Shown piece by piece: positions 40,954 to 51,647 of a stretch of 64,000 bases of DNA (within the stretch, counting starts at the first letter, position 1; the number at the start of each line of letters is the position of its first letter). Source of the DNA: Spirochaetaceae bacterium (GTDB lineage Bacteria > Spirochaetota > Spirochaetia > DSM-2461); contig JAOPTT010000002.1 of assembly GCA_051531975.1 (NCBI GenBank), positions 473,968-537,967 of the forward strand, given 5' to 3'. A program made the translations under genes and the position numbers. Under the pieces are notes generated by a model, which worked only from the letters and a program-made list of their open reading frames with translations, searched no databases and was not told the origin of the DNA.

Positions 40954-42571
40954 GATTCAAGACCTTTAAATTATTCAGAATCTCCTTTTCTAAATCCTTA
41001 GATTCGGAAAATAGACGAGTAAAATTATCTTCATAGCTCTTAAGTTTCGTATTGAAATCATCTTGGGTGATATCTACATACTCAATTTTCACTTCAAAAT
41101 ACTGACCAGCACTTAATGAGAAATTTTTGTTTTTAATATCATCATAACTAACAACTACGGAGAAATCATTTGTTTGCTTCTTATTGTTAAAAGTATCAAT
41201 AATTTGATTTTCTTCTGAGTGGCTTAAAACAATTTTTTGATTTTTACCTTCTTTAATCTTTGTACCTAAATTTGAAGCATCTATTAATATCACATCTTTA
41301 TTATTCTCTTTATCAAGAAATAAAATTGATACATTAGTTCCTGTACTAGCAAATATATTTGAAGGCATACTTACAACACCAGCAAGCATTTTATTCTCAA
41401 TTAACCATTGACGAATCTTTTTATCTATTCCACTTTGTGCTGTGATAAAACCTGTTGGAACAACAACAGCGGCCTTACCTGATTTTTCTTTCATTGAGTG
41501 GATAATATGCTGTAGAAACAGTAAATATATTGCCATAGATTCTTTCTTTTTAGCTGGAATTTTTGGAATTCCAGCAAAGAATCTCTCTTTGTTAGCTTTA
41601 GTATCTAGATTATCACTGAAGTCAGAGAAATCTAATTTAAATGGGGGATTAGAGACTATATAATCAAATTTTTCTAAATTCCCATCTTTATCTTTATGGT
41701 AAGGATCTAAAATGGTATTACCTTTTATTATATTTGGAATAGAGTGTACCAGATCATTTAATATTAAGTTTAAACGTAATAAGCTAGATGATTTCTGAGA
41801 AATATCCTGTGAGTAAATAGTACATTTATCTTCACCTATCTGGTGAGCTAAATTCATTAAAAGAGTACCAGAACCCGCTGAAGGATCGTAACAAGTTACA
41901 TTGCTAACATTGTTATGAACTAGACACTTAGCCATTATTTTAGAAACTGCATGTGGTGTAAAATACTCAGCGTATTTACCTCCACTATTGGTGTTATAAT
42001 CCTTAATTAAATATTCAAATATGGTAGCATAGAAGTCGAATTTCTCATGGAATATATGTTCGAAACTAAAACCGATAAGTTTATTAATAATAGCTCTGCA
42101 GAAATCATCCCTTTTATCAGTTACATACTTACTTATATTCTCAAAAAGGTTAATTTTTTCACCACCCTCAGTTAAAACAGAAAAAATTTCGCTATTCTCT
42201 TTTGCAATATCTAAAAGTGTATTATCAAAGATATCTGCAAAATTAGCTTCATTCTGCTTTTCATAAAGTGAAGTTATAAAATGATCTTTACTAATAGCAG
42301 CTGTATTTTCATCAAGTCCTAAAATAAGCATTTCATATTCATCATCACTATATGATTTAAGAACATCTTCCCAATTATCAGCTTGAGCAATCTTTTGATC
42401 GGCTTTTTTTACTGCATGAATAAATTTATCATTAATAAACTTATATAAAAAAACCTGTGTAATTATTTTAAACTCATTTCCATCGTTACCAAGTCCATAG
42501 TTTGCACATACACTTTTTAAATCGTCTATAAGTATTTTAGTCTGTTTTTCAAACTCTACAGTTTTTGTCAT
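40943..42571 (-). CDS. hsdM: Type I RM N6-adenine methyltransferase
   Basis: EYFTP, YDPSAGSG, VSNPPF. Confidence 0.96.
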   Translation of the reverse strand: MTKTVEFEKQTKILIDDLKSVCANYGLGNDGNEFKIITQVFLYKFINDKFIHAVKKADQKIAQADNWEDVLKSYSDDEYEMLILGLDENTAAISKDHFITSLYEKQNEANFADIFDNTLLDIAKENSEIFSVLTEGGEKINLFENISKYVTDKRDDFCRAIINKLIGFSFEHIFHEKFDFYATIFEYLIKDYNTNSGGKYAEYFTPHAVSKIMAKCLVHNNVSNVTCYDPSAGSGTLLMNLAHQIGEDKCTIYSQDISQKSSSLLRLNLILNDLVHSIPNIIKGNTILDPYHKDKDGNLEKFDYIVSNPPFKLDFSDFSDNLDTKANKERFFAGIPKIPAKKKESMAIYLLFLQHIIHSMKEKSGKAAVVVPTGFITAQSGIDKKIRQWLIENKMLAGVVSMPSNIFASTGTNVSILFLDKENNKDVILIDASNLGTKIKEGKNQKIVLSHSEENQIIDTFNNKKQTNDFSVVVSYDDIKNKNFSLSAGQYFEVKIEYVDITQDDFNTKLKSYEDNFTRLFSESKDLEKEILNNLKVLNHVK

Positions 42572-45500
42572 GCAACCCTTCCATTATATTCATTCATATA
42601 TTCTCTTACCACCATTGTGTTTATTCTTTTAGTTGAAGCTGCATCCAATGGTATATGCTGTTTGTTTTTAAATTGATCAATTACTAACCGCATCACCATT
42701 TTTTTTACGTAGTTCTCATTGTCTAATATTTTTGCTTTATGTAGTATCTGCTCATCGATCTCTTTTTTCAACCCATTAAGAGCTTCAAATAGCTTACTTT
42801 CACTATCTGTAAGTGGATCTTTTTCCATTAACCTTTTATGTAACCTAGCGTATTTCTCATCATTATCATATTTTGCCCTTAATAATTGGTTTTTCCTTTC
42901 TAATTCCTTACCTTTTGTATAGATCTTTTCTAAATCAGCAATATTACTTTCCATCTCTTCTTTTGTTACTTCAGTTAAATTCTTTTTTTTGAAAAGACGT
43001 TCAAGTTCTTCTTTTAATGATATAAATACAGGATCTCTTGGATCAAAATTCCCACCAAGAATCTCCCTTGTTTTTTGTAAAGTATTTTTTAAATTATCAG
43101 CTAGTACTAATTCTGACTCGTCAATTTTTGTAAATGCAAATATTACATCTTCAAGAGCTATGTTTAAAAGGTTTACTGTATCAACATTATTCTCTAAGGC
43201 TTCCTTTGCATTTATTATCATTAAATGGTTATTTGCTTCTCTGGATAAAGCTGTAAGTTTGTTAAAATCAAGTTTTGATAAAAGTTCATGTTTTCCAGAG
43301 AGACGTATGAGGTTATACAGACTCTTTGCATTATTTAGTGCTCTGGTAATTTTAAGTATTTCAGCACGATCCTGGATTTCAGTTATCTGCCTAGAAAATA
43401 TTTCAGCGTTTTGGGTATCGTAGTGGAATAATACATCTTTTATTTCTTGAATCTCTGTTTCAATTTCCTCAGGAGTTTTAAATAGATTTGAGTAGTGTTC
43501 CATCTCATTCCCCAACTCAGCTTGGAGTTCTTTAAAATAAGCCTTATTGGTTTTATCAAATTCTTTTTTAATATCTGCAAAATCTACAACATAGCCGTAT
43601 TTGAATTTATTATATGTTCTATTTACCCTTGTAAGTGCCTGTAATAAGTTATGGGATTTAATGACTCTCCCTAAATAGAGTTTTTTTAATCTTGGAGAAT
43701 CAAAACCGGTTAACAGCATATTAAATACAAAAAGCAGATCAATCTTACCAGATTTGAAATCATCAATATTGTCTTTCCGTTCTTTTTTAGTTCCAACATC
43801 ATGTAGAATCACTGCTGCTGTTTTAACTTTACTTTTTGTCCTTAAATTTAAACCATAACTTGGTAGTGTTTGTGCACCGACCTCTTGATAAAAATTACGA
43901 TTTAGAGCCGAATATTTACCATTAAATATTTTATAGAGTTCTTTTGCCTGTTCAGAGGAGTCACAAATAACCATTCCACCAATACTATTATCATTCATTG
44001 TTACTCTGGCGTGCTCAAAATCCTTAACAATATAATCCAGCATAGGTTCAACAAATTTATGGTGAGCATAAACTGCATTTTTGTCACTATTTCCTTTAAT
44101 TATTTCAATCTCTTCAAGAGCCTTTTGTAAAGTAATCTTGTAGCTTGTCTCTATCTCTTCACGGATTAATCGTAATGTATAACCATCAATTATTGATTTA
44201 TTATAGTAATATTTGTGTATATAATCCCCAAATATTGATTTTGAATTAAACTTCATGTCTTTATTTTTAATAGACTTAAGTAGCTGTTCTGAACTTAGAA
44301 TTAACGGGGTTCCAGTTAAACCTATTTTTATTGCATTTGTATCTGTTTGTTCCAAATTGGCTAGAAAACTTCCTTCGGGATTGTAACTTCTATGAACTTC
44401 ATCTAGAAAGAAAACTCTTTGAATATTTAACTGATAATCCCTATTTTGAATCACGTCTGGATCGTCTTTGAACTTTTGTATATTTACGACTGTAATTTCA
44501 GCCTTTCCTGAATCATTATGGATTGCTCCAACTGATTTAATATCCTTTGCAAAATCATCTCTGGAACTTATGTGGTGTACTGTCAAACCCCTACTTTTAA
44601 ATTCTCTAGATGCCTGTATTAATAAATCCAACCGGTCCACTACAAAATAGAACTTTGGAACTAAAGTTTTAGTTTTAAAATAGTTTGTAAGATATTTCAC
44701 ATTATAAAAAGCTAATGCTGTTTTTCCACTTCCTTGGGTATGCCAAATTATTCCTTTTTTTACACCTTTTTCAAGTTTTTTTTCAATTGCTTTTGTTGCA
44801 AAAAACTGCGGATAACGCATTATATGTTTTTGCAATCCTTTTTCACCTTTCACATAGGCAAAAGCATATTCTAAGATAAATGCTAATCTATCTTTTTGGA
44901 GAAGAGATGTACAAATCTTATTTGTGGGAGTATTCGGATTTTTATTAGTTTTAAATTCCGAAGAGTTTTTTATTCCTATTAAGTTATTATCTAATAAAAC
45001 TCTATTTTCTGTTTCATCATCAATATTTAAAAGGAGTGTATTTAAGTCAAACTCCTCTTCTTCCCTAAAGTAGTTAAACTTTGGTTCGTCATATGATGCA
45101 GAAGAATAGAAAGCACCTTCTAATGGTAGTGAAGAATTATCGTCATAATTCATATTATTAGAAAAAATCATCAATTGAGTTATATTTACAAACTTTCTAA
45201 AGTTCTTGTTTTTAAATCTAGTGACAATTCGCTTTTGCTCTGCTAAAATTCCGTTTTTATTGTTTGGTTTTTTAACCTCAATAAATATTAAGGGCATCCC
45301 ATTTATTAATAAAGTTATATCAGGACGAAATTCTTCATCATCTTTTTTATACGTTAGCTCAGTAACAACATGGAAAGAGTTATTATTAAAATTATCAAAA
45401 TCGATTAGACGTATACCTGATCTATTGATAATTTTTTCATAAAAAGCTTTACCAAGATCTTCGTTTTCTAAACTAAGAGATACTTTATCACAATGTTGCT

Positions 45501-45678
45501 GCAAATCAATTTCTGGAGTATTTAAATTAAGTCTTTTTATACTATCGAATAATATGTCAGTAAATATGTTTGTAGAATTATCCCAATTACTATCTTTTAG
45601 TGATAGGTAATTGTAACCAAGCCGTACAAGATGGAGAATTGTAGGTATTTTTACTCTTGCATCCTCGTTAAATTTCAT
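42568..45678 (-). CDS. hsdR: Type I RM restriction subunit
   Basis: RPD..FIEVK, HTQGSGKT, DEVHRS, MLLTGFD, QALTRVNR. Confidence 0.96.
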   Translation of the reverse strand: MKFNEDARVKIPTILHLVRLGYNYLSLKDSNWDNSTNIFTDILFDSIKRLNLNTPEIDLQQHCDKVSLSLENEDLGKAFYEKIINRSGIRLIDFDNFNNNSFHVVTELTYKKDDEEFRPDITLLINGMPLIFIEVKKPNNKNGILAEQKRIVTRFKNKNFRKFVNITQLMIFSNNMNYDDNSSLPLEGAFYSSASYDEPKFNYFREEEEFDLNTLLLNIDDETENRVLLDNNLIGIKNSSEFKTNKNPNTPTNKICTSLLQKDRLAFILEYAFAYVKGEKGLQKHIMRYPQFFATKAIEKKLEKGVKKGIIWHTQGSGKTALAFYNVKYLTNYFKTKTLVPKFYFVVDRLDLLIQASREFKSRGLTVHHISSRDDFAKDIKSVGAIHNDSGKAEITVVNIQKFKDDPDVIQNRDYQLNIQRVFFLDEVHRSYNPEGSFLANLEQTDTNAIKIGLTGTPLILSSEQLLKSIKNKDMKFNSKSIFGDYIHKYYYNKSIIDGYTLRLIREEIETSYKITLQKALEEIEIIKGNSDKNAVYAHHKFVEPMLDYIVKDFEHARVTMNDNSIGGMVICDSSEQAKELYKIFNGKYSALNRNFYQEVGAQTLPSYGLNLRTKSKVKTAAVILHDVGTKKERKDNIDDFKSGKIDLLFVFNMLLTGFDSPRLKKLYLGRVIKSHNLLQALTRVNRTYNKFKYGYVVDFADIKKEFDKTNKAYFKELQAELGNEMEHYSNLFKTPEEIETEIQEIKDVLFHYDTQNAEIFSRQITEIQDRAEILKITRALNNAKSLYNLIRLSGKHELLSKLDFNKLTALSREANNHLMIINAKEALENNVDTVNLLNIALEDVIFAFTKIDESELVLADNLKNTLQKTREILGGNFDPRDPVFISLKEELERLFKKKNLTEVTKEEMESNIADLEKIYTKGKELERKNQLLRAKYDNDEKYARLHKRLMEKDPLTDSESKLFEALNGLKKEIDEQILHKAKILDNENYVKKMVMRLVIDQFKNKQHIPLDAASTKRINTMVVREYMNEYNGRVA

Positions 45679-45903
45679 TGTGGTTTCCCTTGTAATATAT
45701 TTTTAACTCTCTATATAATAACAGAGAAATATGAGTATTCACATACATATTTGTAAATGGTTCAATTTAATAAACACAAATAAGATGGAAAATGTAATTC
45801 CTTTCAATAATATGTGAATATTTCTGCTTTGTTCTATCTTTTAGATAGTTTAACGACTCTTTTATCTATGGCAGTTACAAGTAATAGAACCTTATATATA
45901 ACT

Positions 45904-46299
45904 TTAAACTTTAGCAATATGATATTCAACTATGGGCATGTTATCACGAAAACTATATTTACTAAGTTCACTATTTATTTTTTTTACTGAGTAGTTTTTT
46001 TCTTCTATTTGTAATATATCTTCTAATTGATATGTCGTTATTAGAAACGGTTCTATTTGTATTGGACACATTCTTTTAGATTTTGTGTCTATGTTATTAT
46101 AACCACTATATTTAGCATAATGTTTTTTATCATCTTTTTCGAGATTACACTGTTTTATACCACAAAAGACACAGCTAATGCCATTTATACTATTACCATT
46201 TTGTTTAGTGAATTCTGCACCATTTAACGGCTTTAATAATAACAGACCTTCTTCATCCGGTCTTAATTCATAGTTTTCTTCTACTTTGATACTTTTCAT
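45904..46299 (-). CDS. Hypothetical protein
   Basis: GAGGTG RBS; co-oriented within the operon; no family recognised. Confidence 0.65.
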   Translation of the reverse strand: MKSIKVEENYELRPDEEGLLLLKPLNGAEFTKQNGNSINGISCVFCGIKQCNLEKDDKKHYAKYSGYNNIDTKSKRMCPIQIEPFLITTYQLEDILQIEEKNYSVKKINSELSKYSFRDNMPIVEYHIAKV

Positions 46300-46311
46300 A
46301 AATCACCTCTT

Positions 46312-47037
46312 TTATATTTTTTTTAATGAATTAATCTTGAAAGACATAAGGTTGTTCCCTTGTATGCCAGTAATGATTTCATTCGAAAGATTTCTGACTT
46401 TATTATCCCACGATTTTTCGTAATCAATTTGTATATCCTTTCTATTTATTTTTAAATCAACAAAGGACAGACCAATCTTATTACCCGTAAGCTTTGCCAT
46501 AATGGATAGATTCTCAATATAATATTTTTTCATCTTGTCAGTAGTATTAAAACATAAATATAAGATTTCAATATTTTTAACATTTAAAGCACATGCAGAG
46601 GCAATTCTGTGGATCATTTGATAAGGAACATTTTGGATATCATTTAATGAAATATCTTGTCCTATATAACTACTGATATATTCTAACCAACCATCAAGGA
46701 TTTTTGTCCTATTCTCACTTCCATTATCCCATTTTCCAACAGTAATATATTTAGGTTCAGTTCTTTTTGCTTCAACTATAACCGATTTATTATTAGAAAT
46801 TACTAATAAATCAGAATATGAATAAGAACCTTTCCCATACTTAAATGGTGTTGCATACTCAAATGTTAAGCTTTCTATATATTCTAATTGAATAACTCTT
46901 TTGAACAATTCACTTTGATCTTTTATTAAAACAATTAATGGGATTGTAGACCGATATGGTGATTTAAACTCATTTAATGGAAAAGATTTAATAACTTCAT
47001 TCATAGTCTGACATTTATGTTTTTTGAAATATAACAC
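46312..47037 (-). CDS. PD-(D/E)xK nuclease-fold protein (DUF6946-like)
   Basis: FEY..SYSDLLV..IVEAKRTEP; YQMIHRIASA. Confidence 0.7.
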   Translation of the reverse strand: MLYFKKHKCQTMNEVIKSFPLNEFKSPYRSTIPLIVLIKDQSELFKRVIQLEYIESLTFEYATPFKYGKGSYSYSDLLVISNNKSVIVEAKRTEPKYITVGKWDNGSENRTKILDGWLEYISSYIGQDISLNDIQNVPYQMIHRIASACALNVKNIEILYLCFNTTDKMKKYYIENLSIMAKLTGNKIGLSFVDLKINRKDIQIDYEKSWDNKVRNLSNEIITGIQGNNLMSFKINSLKKI

Positions 47038-47095
47038 TTAACACATCCTTTAATTATTAAGTTTGTTCATAATAATTATTCCTTTTTTAGATACA

Positions 47096-48802
47096 CTATT
47101 TCACCAAGTCAATAAATAATGATGGTTTCCAGTTGTGAAGAATAATAAGTATTTTACGTGCCCTACTAACTGCTACATAAAATAAAGTTCTACCATTTTC
47201 TAATGAGTCTTCAGTTAATGTTTCCCAGTCCCAAGGGCTTCTACTAATGCATTTCTGATACGGAATTCTATTCTCATTAATACCGTTTAATATCACTGCA
47301 TCAAATTCTAATCCTTTAGATTTATGAATTGTATCACTAAATATTCCCTTTTTTCCCGTCAAAACCTTTAAATATTGCCCCACTTGCCATAGTTCTTTTT
47401 CTTCGTTTGGTATTAATTCTAAAATTTCTTCAAATACAGAGTGTTTTATATGAAATGCATCATTAAATATTTTTTGTATGGAAGATATTCCTTTAATCAA
47501 GGTAAAATCTTCCTTAACTGTTAGAAAGTTACTTATTAATAAGTTAGTTTTTTTTTCAAGACTCGATTTTGAATATTGAAGTCCATTCTCAAGTATATGC
47601 ATTTCTATATTTCTTTTTATACTTCTAATAGCTGAGATTTCTGGATTGAAATAACATCTAGCTAAAGATTTTAAGAGACTGAACGTTGAATTGCTTAAAT
47701 TTTTATGTGGCAATGCCCCAGAGCCAACAATGTTATATTCATGACGTAGAGATCGACTAATATTGGTCGCATCTCTCCAGCTAGTAGACAAAATAGCAAT
47801 TTCTGATAGTTCTATATTATATTTTTGTACAAGTCTATCAACAATGCGGTGCAATTTGTCGTCATGGTTGCCACGGTTTGTTTCAAAAAACTGAACTCCG
47901 ACTCCAAAATATTTATTTTCAGAACTATTTATAATCTCAGGATGATTTTCAAATAATTTTGAATATGTATTAACTATATGATCAGAAGATCGATAAGTTT
48001 CTATCAACTCTTCATTAACTGCATTAAAATCCTTTTTCGCCATTTCAAAAGAATCTTCGATTGCTCCTGCAAATGAGAAAATTCGTTGTTTTTCATCACC
48101 TACCATAAAAAAAGAACATGATCCAATGGCACTTATTTTTTTTAGGATTTCATACTGATAAATATTAGTATCTTGAAATTCATCAACAAGTATTTCATAA
48201 AATTTTGAAGATAAAGATTTGGTTACAAAGTTATTTTCATTACATATTTTATATGATCGATATAAGATTTCATTGAAATCAATAACTTTTAACATAGATA
48301 AATATTCATAGTAGATATCTGCAACAGTTTTAATATCAACCTCATGATTCCACTCTACATCACAATCTAATTCTCCATTTAATTTCTTTTTTATTTTACT
48401 TAATTCATCAAATATATTTTGACCATTATCATCGAGTCCCAGGTTATTGTAATTCTCGATAAACTCTTTTAATTGTTCATAACTAATAATCTTAGGATAA
48501 TCCCAATTATATATCCAGCTAAAAGGTCTAAGAATATATTCGAGACAAAAACTATGTATAGTTCCAATAAAAACTTCTTTTTCAGTAGCTAACCTAGAAG
48601 AAATTTCATCAGCACCAGCATTTGTATAAGTAATCAGAGCAATTGTTCTATTTCTTGGTGATTCATCAACTTTTTGTAATGCTCTAGAGACGAGAGTTTT
48701 AGTTTTTCCTGAACCAGGAGAGGCTGAAATTATCGAATTCCCTTTTAGATCAAAAACTGCAATTTTCTGTTTCTCATTTAACTTCATTGATTGTTTTCTC
48801 AA
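47096..48802 (-). CDS. gajB: UvrD-like helicase, Gabija GajB-type
   Basis: ASPGSGKT, LVDEFQD, VGDEKQ, TIHKSKGLEFD, YVAVSRAR; overlaps the OLD nuclease gene. Confidence 0.85.
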   Translation of the reverse strand: MRKQSMKLNEKQKIAVFDLKGNSIISASPGSGKTKTLVSRALQKVDESPRNRTIALITYTNAGADEISSRLATEKEVFIGTIHSFCLEYILRPFSWIYNWDYPKIISYEQLKEFIENYNNLGLDDNGQNIFDELSKIKKKLNGELDCDVEWNHEVDIKTVADIYYEYLSMLKVIDFNEILYRSYKICNENNFVTKSLSSKFYEILVDEFQDTNIYQYEILKKISAIGSCSFFMVGDEKQRIFSFAGAIEDSFEMAKKDFNAVNEELIETYRSSDHIVNTYSKLFENHPEIINSSENKYFGVGVQFFETNRGNHDDKLHRIVDRLVQKYNIELSEIAILSTSWRDATNISRSLRHEYNIVGSGALPHKNLSNSTFSLLKSLARCYFNPEISAIRSIKRNIEMHILENGLQYSKSSLEKKTNLLISNFLTVKEDFTLIKGISSIQKIFNDAFHIKHSVFEEILELIPNEEKELWQVGQYLKVLTGKKGIFSDTIHKSKGLEFDAVILNGINENRIPYQKCISRSPWDWETLTEDSLENGRTLFYVAVSRARKILIILHNWKPSLFIDLVK

Positions 48803-50525
48803 TTATGAATTTTAATGCCTCTGTTATATAGCTAGGTATAACAAAATCTTTATCAAGGTTAATTGCTAGCTCTTGAGCAAACCGACCTTTTTTTACAGTA
48901 CCATCAATCCTCTTTAAAAGTTCATCTTTCCAATTAGTAGATGTCTCCATTAAATTCTTAAATGATTTTGCATGATTTAAATTTTCAAAACATGTTTTTA
49001 AATATTGATTGTTTAAATCTTTATCAGGAAATAAATCAGTCTCAAGAGTATTAATGCCATCAAAAACTTTGACTCTATATGCAACTTCCAAAGACTTGGC
49101 ATTATTTACAGCTGTTGTTGATTCATCATCTTTATGTTCTTTTGAATCACCATCAATTATAACACATGCAAAGATCTCAAACCTATCATTCTGGAAGAGC
49201 TTCATAAATGGATCAAAATATCTACTGTGTATTGGAATAACAGATATATTATATTCAGTTAAATTTACATTAAATATATTTTTTGCAATAGCTGGAATTA
49301 GAAATTGTTCCGCAACTCCTTCAACAAAAATGACACCAGAAGAAAAGAATAGTTCAGATCTTGTAGCATCTATATATCTTTTTAAAAGTAATTGCTCCCT
49401 TTTTTCTTTTTTATCAACCAATGTTTCAATAAATGGAGAAAATGACTTTGTTATACTATCAAAATTTTTGTATATAATATTTAGATTTTTATAATCACAG
49501 TCACTAGCTATATGTGTAGAATGGGAAGACATGAATACTTGAGTATTTACTAAACCACTCAAGTTTGAAAATAAAATTTTTTGTAGTTGTGGATGCAGAT
49601 GGGCTTCAGGTTCCTCAATTAGAAGTAAATTTATTTCATTATTATCTTCTATATTAATTAACTTAGATAAAAACAGGCTTAAATATAAAAGATTTTTTTG
49701 TCCTAATCCAAGAACTTTTACAGGTATGTGTTTATCTGACTTTGGATTAAAAAATATTTTTAATTGACTCCAAACCTCATTTTCATTATTAGCTAAAAAA
49801 CCTAAACTTATTGGAAATGAAAAATGCTTACCAGCTATTTCATTATTCTTAGATTTTATTGTTTCTGAAATATCAGGAATAAAGCTCAATTTATTTAAGT
49901 TTTCTGTTGTATGATTAAGTACTGCTCTAACAATATCTACTTCTTTTTCAGATTTATCTCTCGTTTTACAATATTCACTAAGTAAAGATTTTGAACTACC
50001 GAATAAATCAGAATTTATATTTCTAAAGCCTGAAATATAAAATAAATTAATTCCTTCTATATCTCTAAAACTGATCCGACTTAACTTATGAAACGTTTCT
50101 AAATTAAACTCTTCACCTCCCCCATATAGTTGCCACACAAAATCTTTTAATTCTATTTTTTCAAATATTTCTTCAGTAGAAGACATCTTTGATTTATGGA
50201 TATATAAATAGGAAATTCTAACAGTATTATCAGAAGTTTTTAAAGCATGTAGATTTGGTATACTGGCTAAATTATCACCATATATAATAATACTTATTGA
50301 AATATATGAATCTAATGTTAGCTCCTGAAAATCATGAAAATCCTGTTCTTCTAAATTACGAGTATTATATGAAAGGTCTTTATCTAATAGTAGACGTATT
50401 GCCCAGTATAAATTACTTTTACCTATATTATTTTCACCAATAAGTGTCTGAAATCCTTTCGTAAAATCAATAGAAAAATTTGAAAAGTTTCTAAAATTAT
50501 TTATCTCAATTCTTTTTATATGCAT
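48774..50525 (-). CDS. gajA: OLD-family ABC-ATPase/TOPRIM nuclease, Gabija GajA-type
   Basis: GENNIGKS, LIEEPEAHLHP, SSHS, FVEGVAE, IDGD. Confidence 0.88.
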   Translation of the reverse strand: MHIKRIEINNFRNFSNFSIDFTKGFQTLIGENNIGKSNLYWAIRLLLDKDLSYNTRNLEEQDFHDFQELTLDSYISISIIIYGDNLASIPNLHALKTSDNTVRISYLYIHKSKMSSTEEIFEKIELKDFVWQLYGGGEEFNLETFHKLSRISFRDIEGINLFYISGFRNINSDLFGSSKSLLSEYCKTRDKSEKEVDIVRAVLNHTTENLNKLSFIPDISETIKSKNNEIAGKHFSFPISLGFLANNENEVWSQLKIFFNPKSDKHIPVKVLGLGQKNLLYLSLFLSKLINIEDNNEINLLLIEEPEAHLHPQLQKILFSNLSGLVNTQVFMSSHSTHIASDCDYKNLNIIYKNFDSITKSFSPFIETLVDKKEKREQLLLKRYIDATRSELFFSSGVIFVEGVAEQFLIPAIAKNIFNVNLTEYNISVIPIHSRYFDPFMKLFQNDRFEIFACVIIDGDSKEHKDDESTTAVNNAKSLEVAYRVKVFDGINTLETDLFPDKDLNNQYLKTCFENLNHAKSFKNLMETSTNWKDELLKRIDGTVKKGRFAQELAINLDKDFVIPSYITEALKFIIEKTINEVK

Positions 50526-50700
50526 TTTTCAACCTTAAATGAATTATTTTATACTAACAGAAAATTAATAAGGGTTACATTTAAATACTCTACGTTATAT
50601 CTCTGATAAAAAATGCATAACTGTCTAAAATGTAACTTTTATATAACCTTTCTATACGTAAAACTACTATTATTACTATGTAATATTATTTATTAGCAAA

Positions 50701-50833
50701 CAAAATAAAGCGTAGCTTTAAACCTTACGTTAGGGATAAAGAGGGTTGCGCAGCAAAACTCACGTTAGTGAGGTCGAAGCAAAGCGAAGCCCAGGATAGC
50801 CCGACCTGTTCTTTGAACAGGAAACGCCCAAAA
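50701..50833 (+). repeat. Dispersed structured element (Flavo-1-like ncRNA or REP-like)
   Basis: CGTTAGGGATA..CTCAC-GTTA-GTGAG..TAGCCCGA-CCTGTTC-TTT-GAACAGG-AAACGCCC. Confidence 0.8.
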
Positions 50834-50951
50834 CACTATTTAATAACACCATAACCTAAATACAAAACCTACACTTCCAACAATTACACACCTATTTCAT
50901 CACCACGTTTTATCATTCCAACAACATCCCCAATCACAATATAATCCCCCA

Positions 50952-51611
50952 ACAGATAACAAAACATCTCAATTCTACAATAATAACTCTAAGCTACTAC
51001 AAGGTAGATATAGTAACACAACACCTAAGTACATTAATCTATTCCAGAGGTTCTTTAATGTTAGTTCTACTGTTCTAGATATAGGTTGTGGTTCTGGTCG
51101 TGATATTAATATACTGCTTAACCTTGGTTATGATACCTATGGTTTAGAACCTTCTAATAATATGATTAAAACTTCTGTTTCTTATTACAAAGATATTAAA
51201 GACAGAGTCTTTCTAGGAAGCCTTCCCTGTGGTTATCCACCTACTCTACCCTATGGTGTTATATCAGGTGATGAATCTAAGTACTGGGATAATATATTAG
51301 CTGCTGCAGTATTACAACACATACCAGATTCTAACCTGTTTGATTTCCTGTTCTCTATTTTTAATAGATTAAAAGTAGGTGGTAATCTGTTATTATCAGT
51401 TCCTACTAAATATCCCTTTGTTGTAGATAATAGGGATAGGTCTGGTAGGCTCTTTTATATAAGGTCTAAGGTTGATTATTTGCTTTTGTTGTAGAGAATA
51501 GGGTTTGTATTAATTCATGAGATGGTGGCTGATGATGTCTTAGGTAGGGATGAGACTGTTTGGACTACGTTGGTTCTTAAAAAGACGTTTGTTGGTGATA
51601 AGAGTGCATAA
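50952..51611 (+). pseudogene. Class I SAM methyltransferase copy 1 (no canonical start; TAG at 51492-51494)
   Basis: The frame upstream of the listed ORF encodes VLDIGCGSGRD; GAG>TAG relative to copy 2. Confidence 0.85.
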
Positions 51612-51647
51612 TATTCTTGATGATTTATAGTAAATTTATTTAATAAA

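Noticed and set aside
14117..50525. Prophage or ICE
   Set aside because: No integrase, structural, relaxase or T4SS genes, and no tRNA att site in the window.
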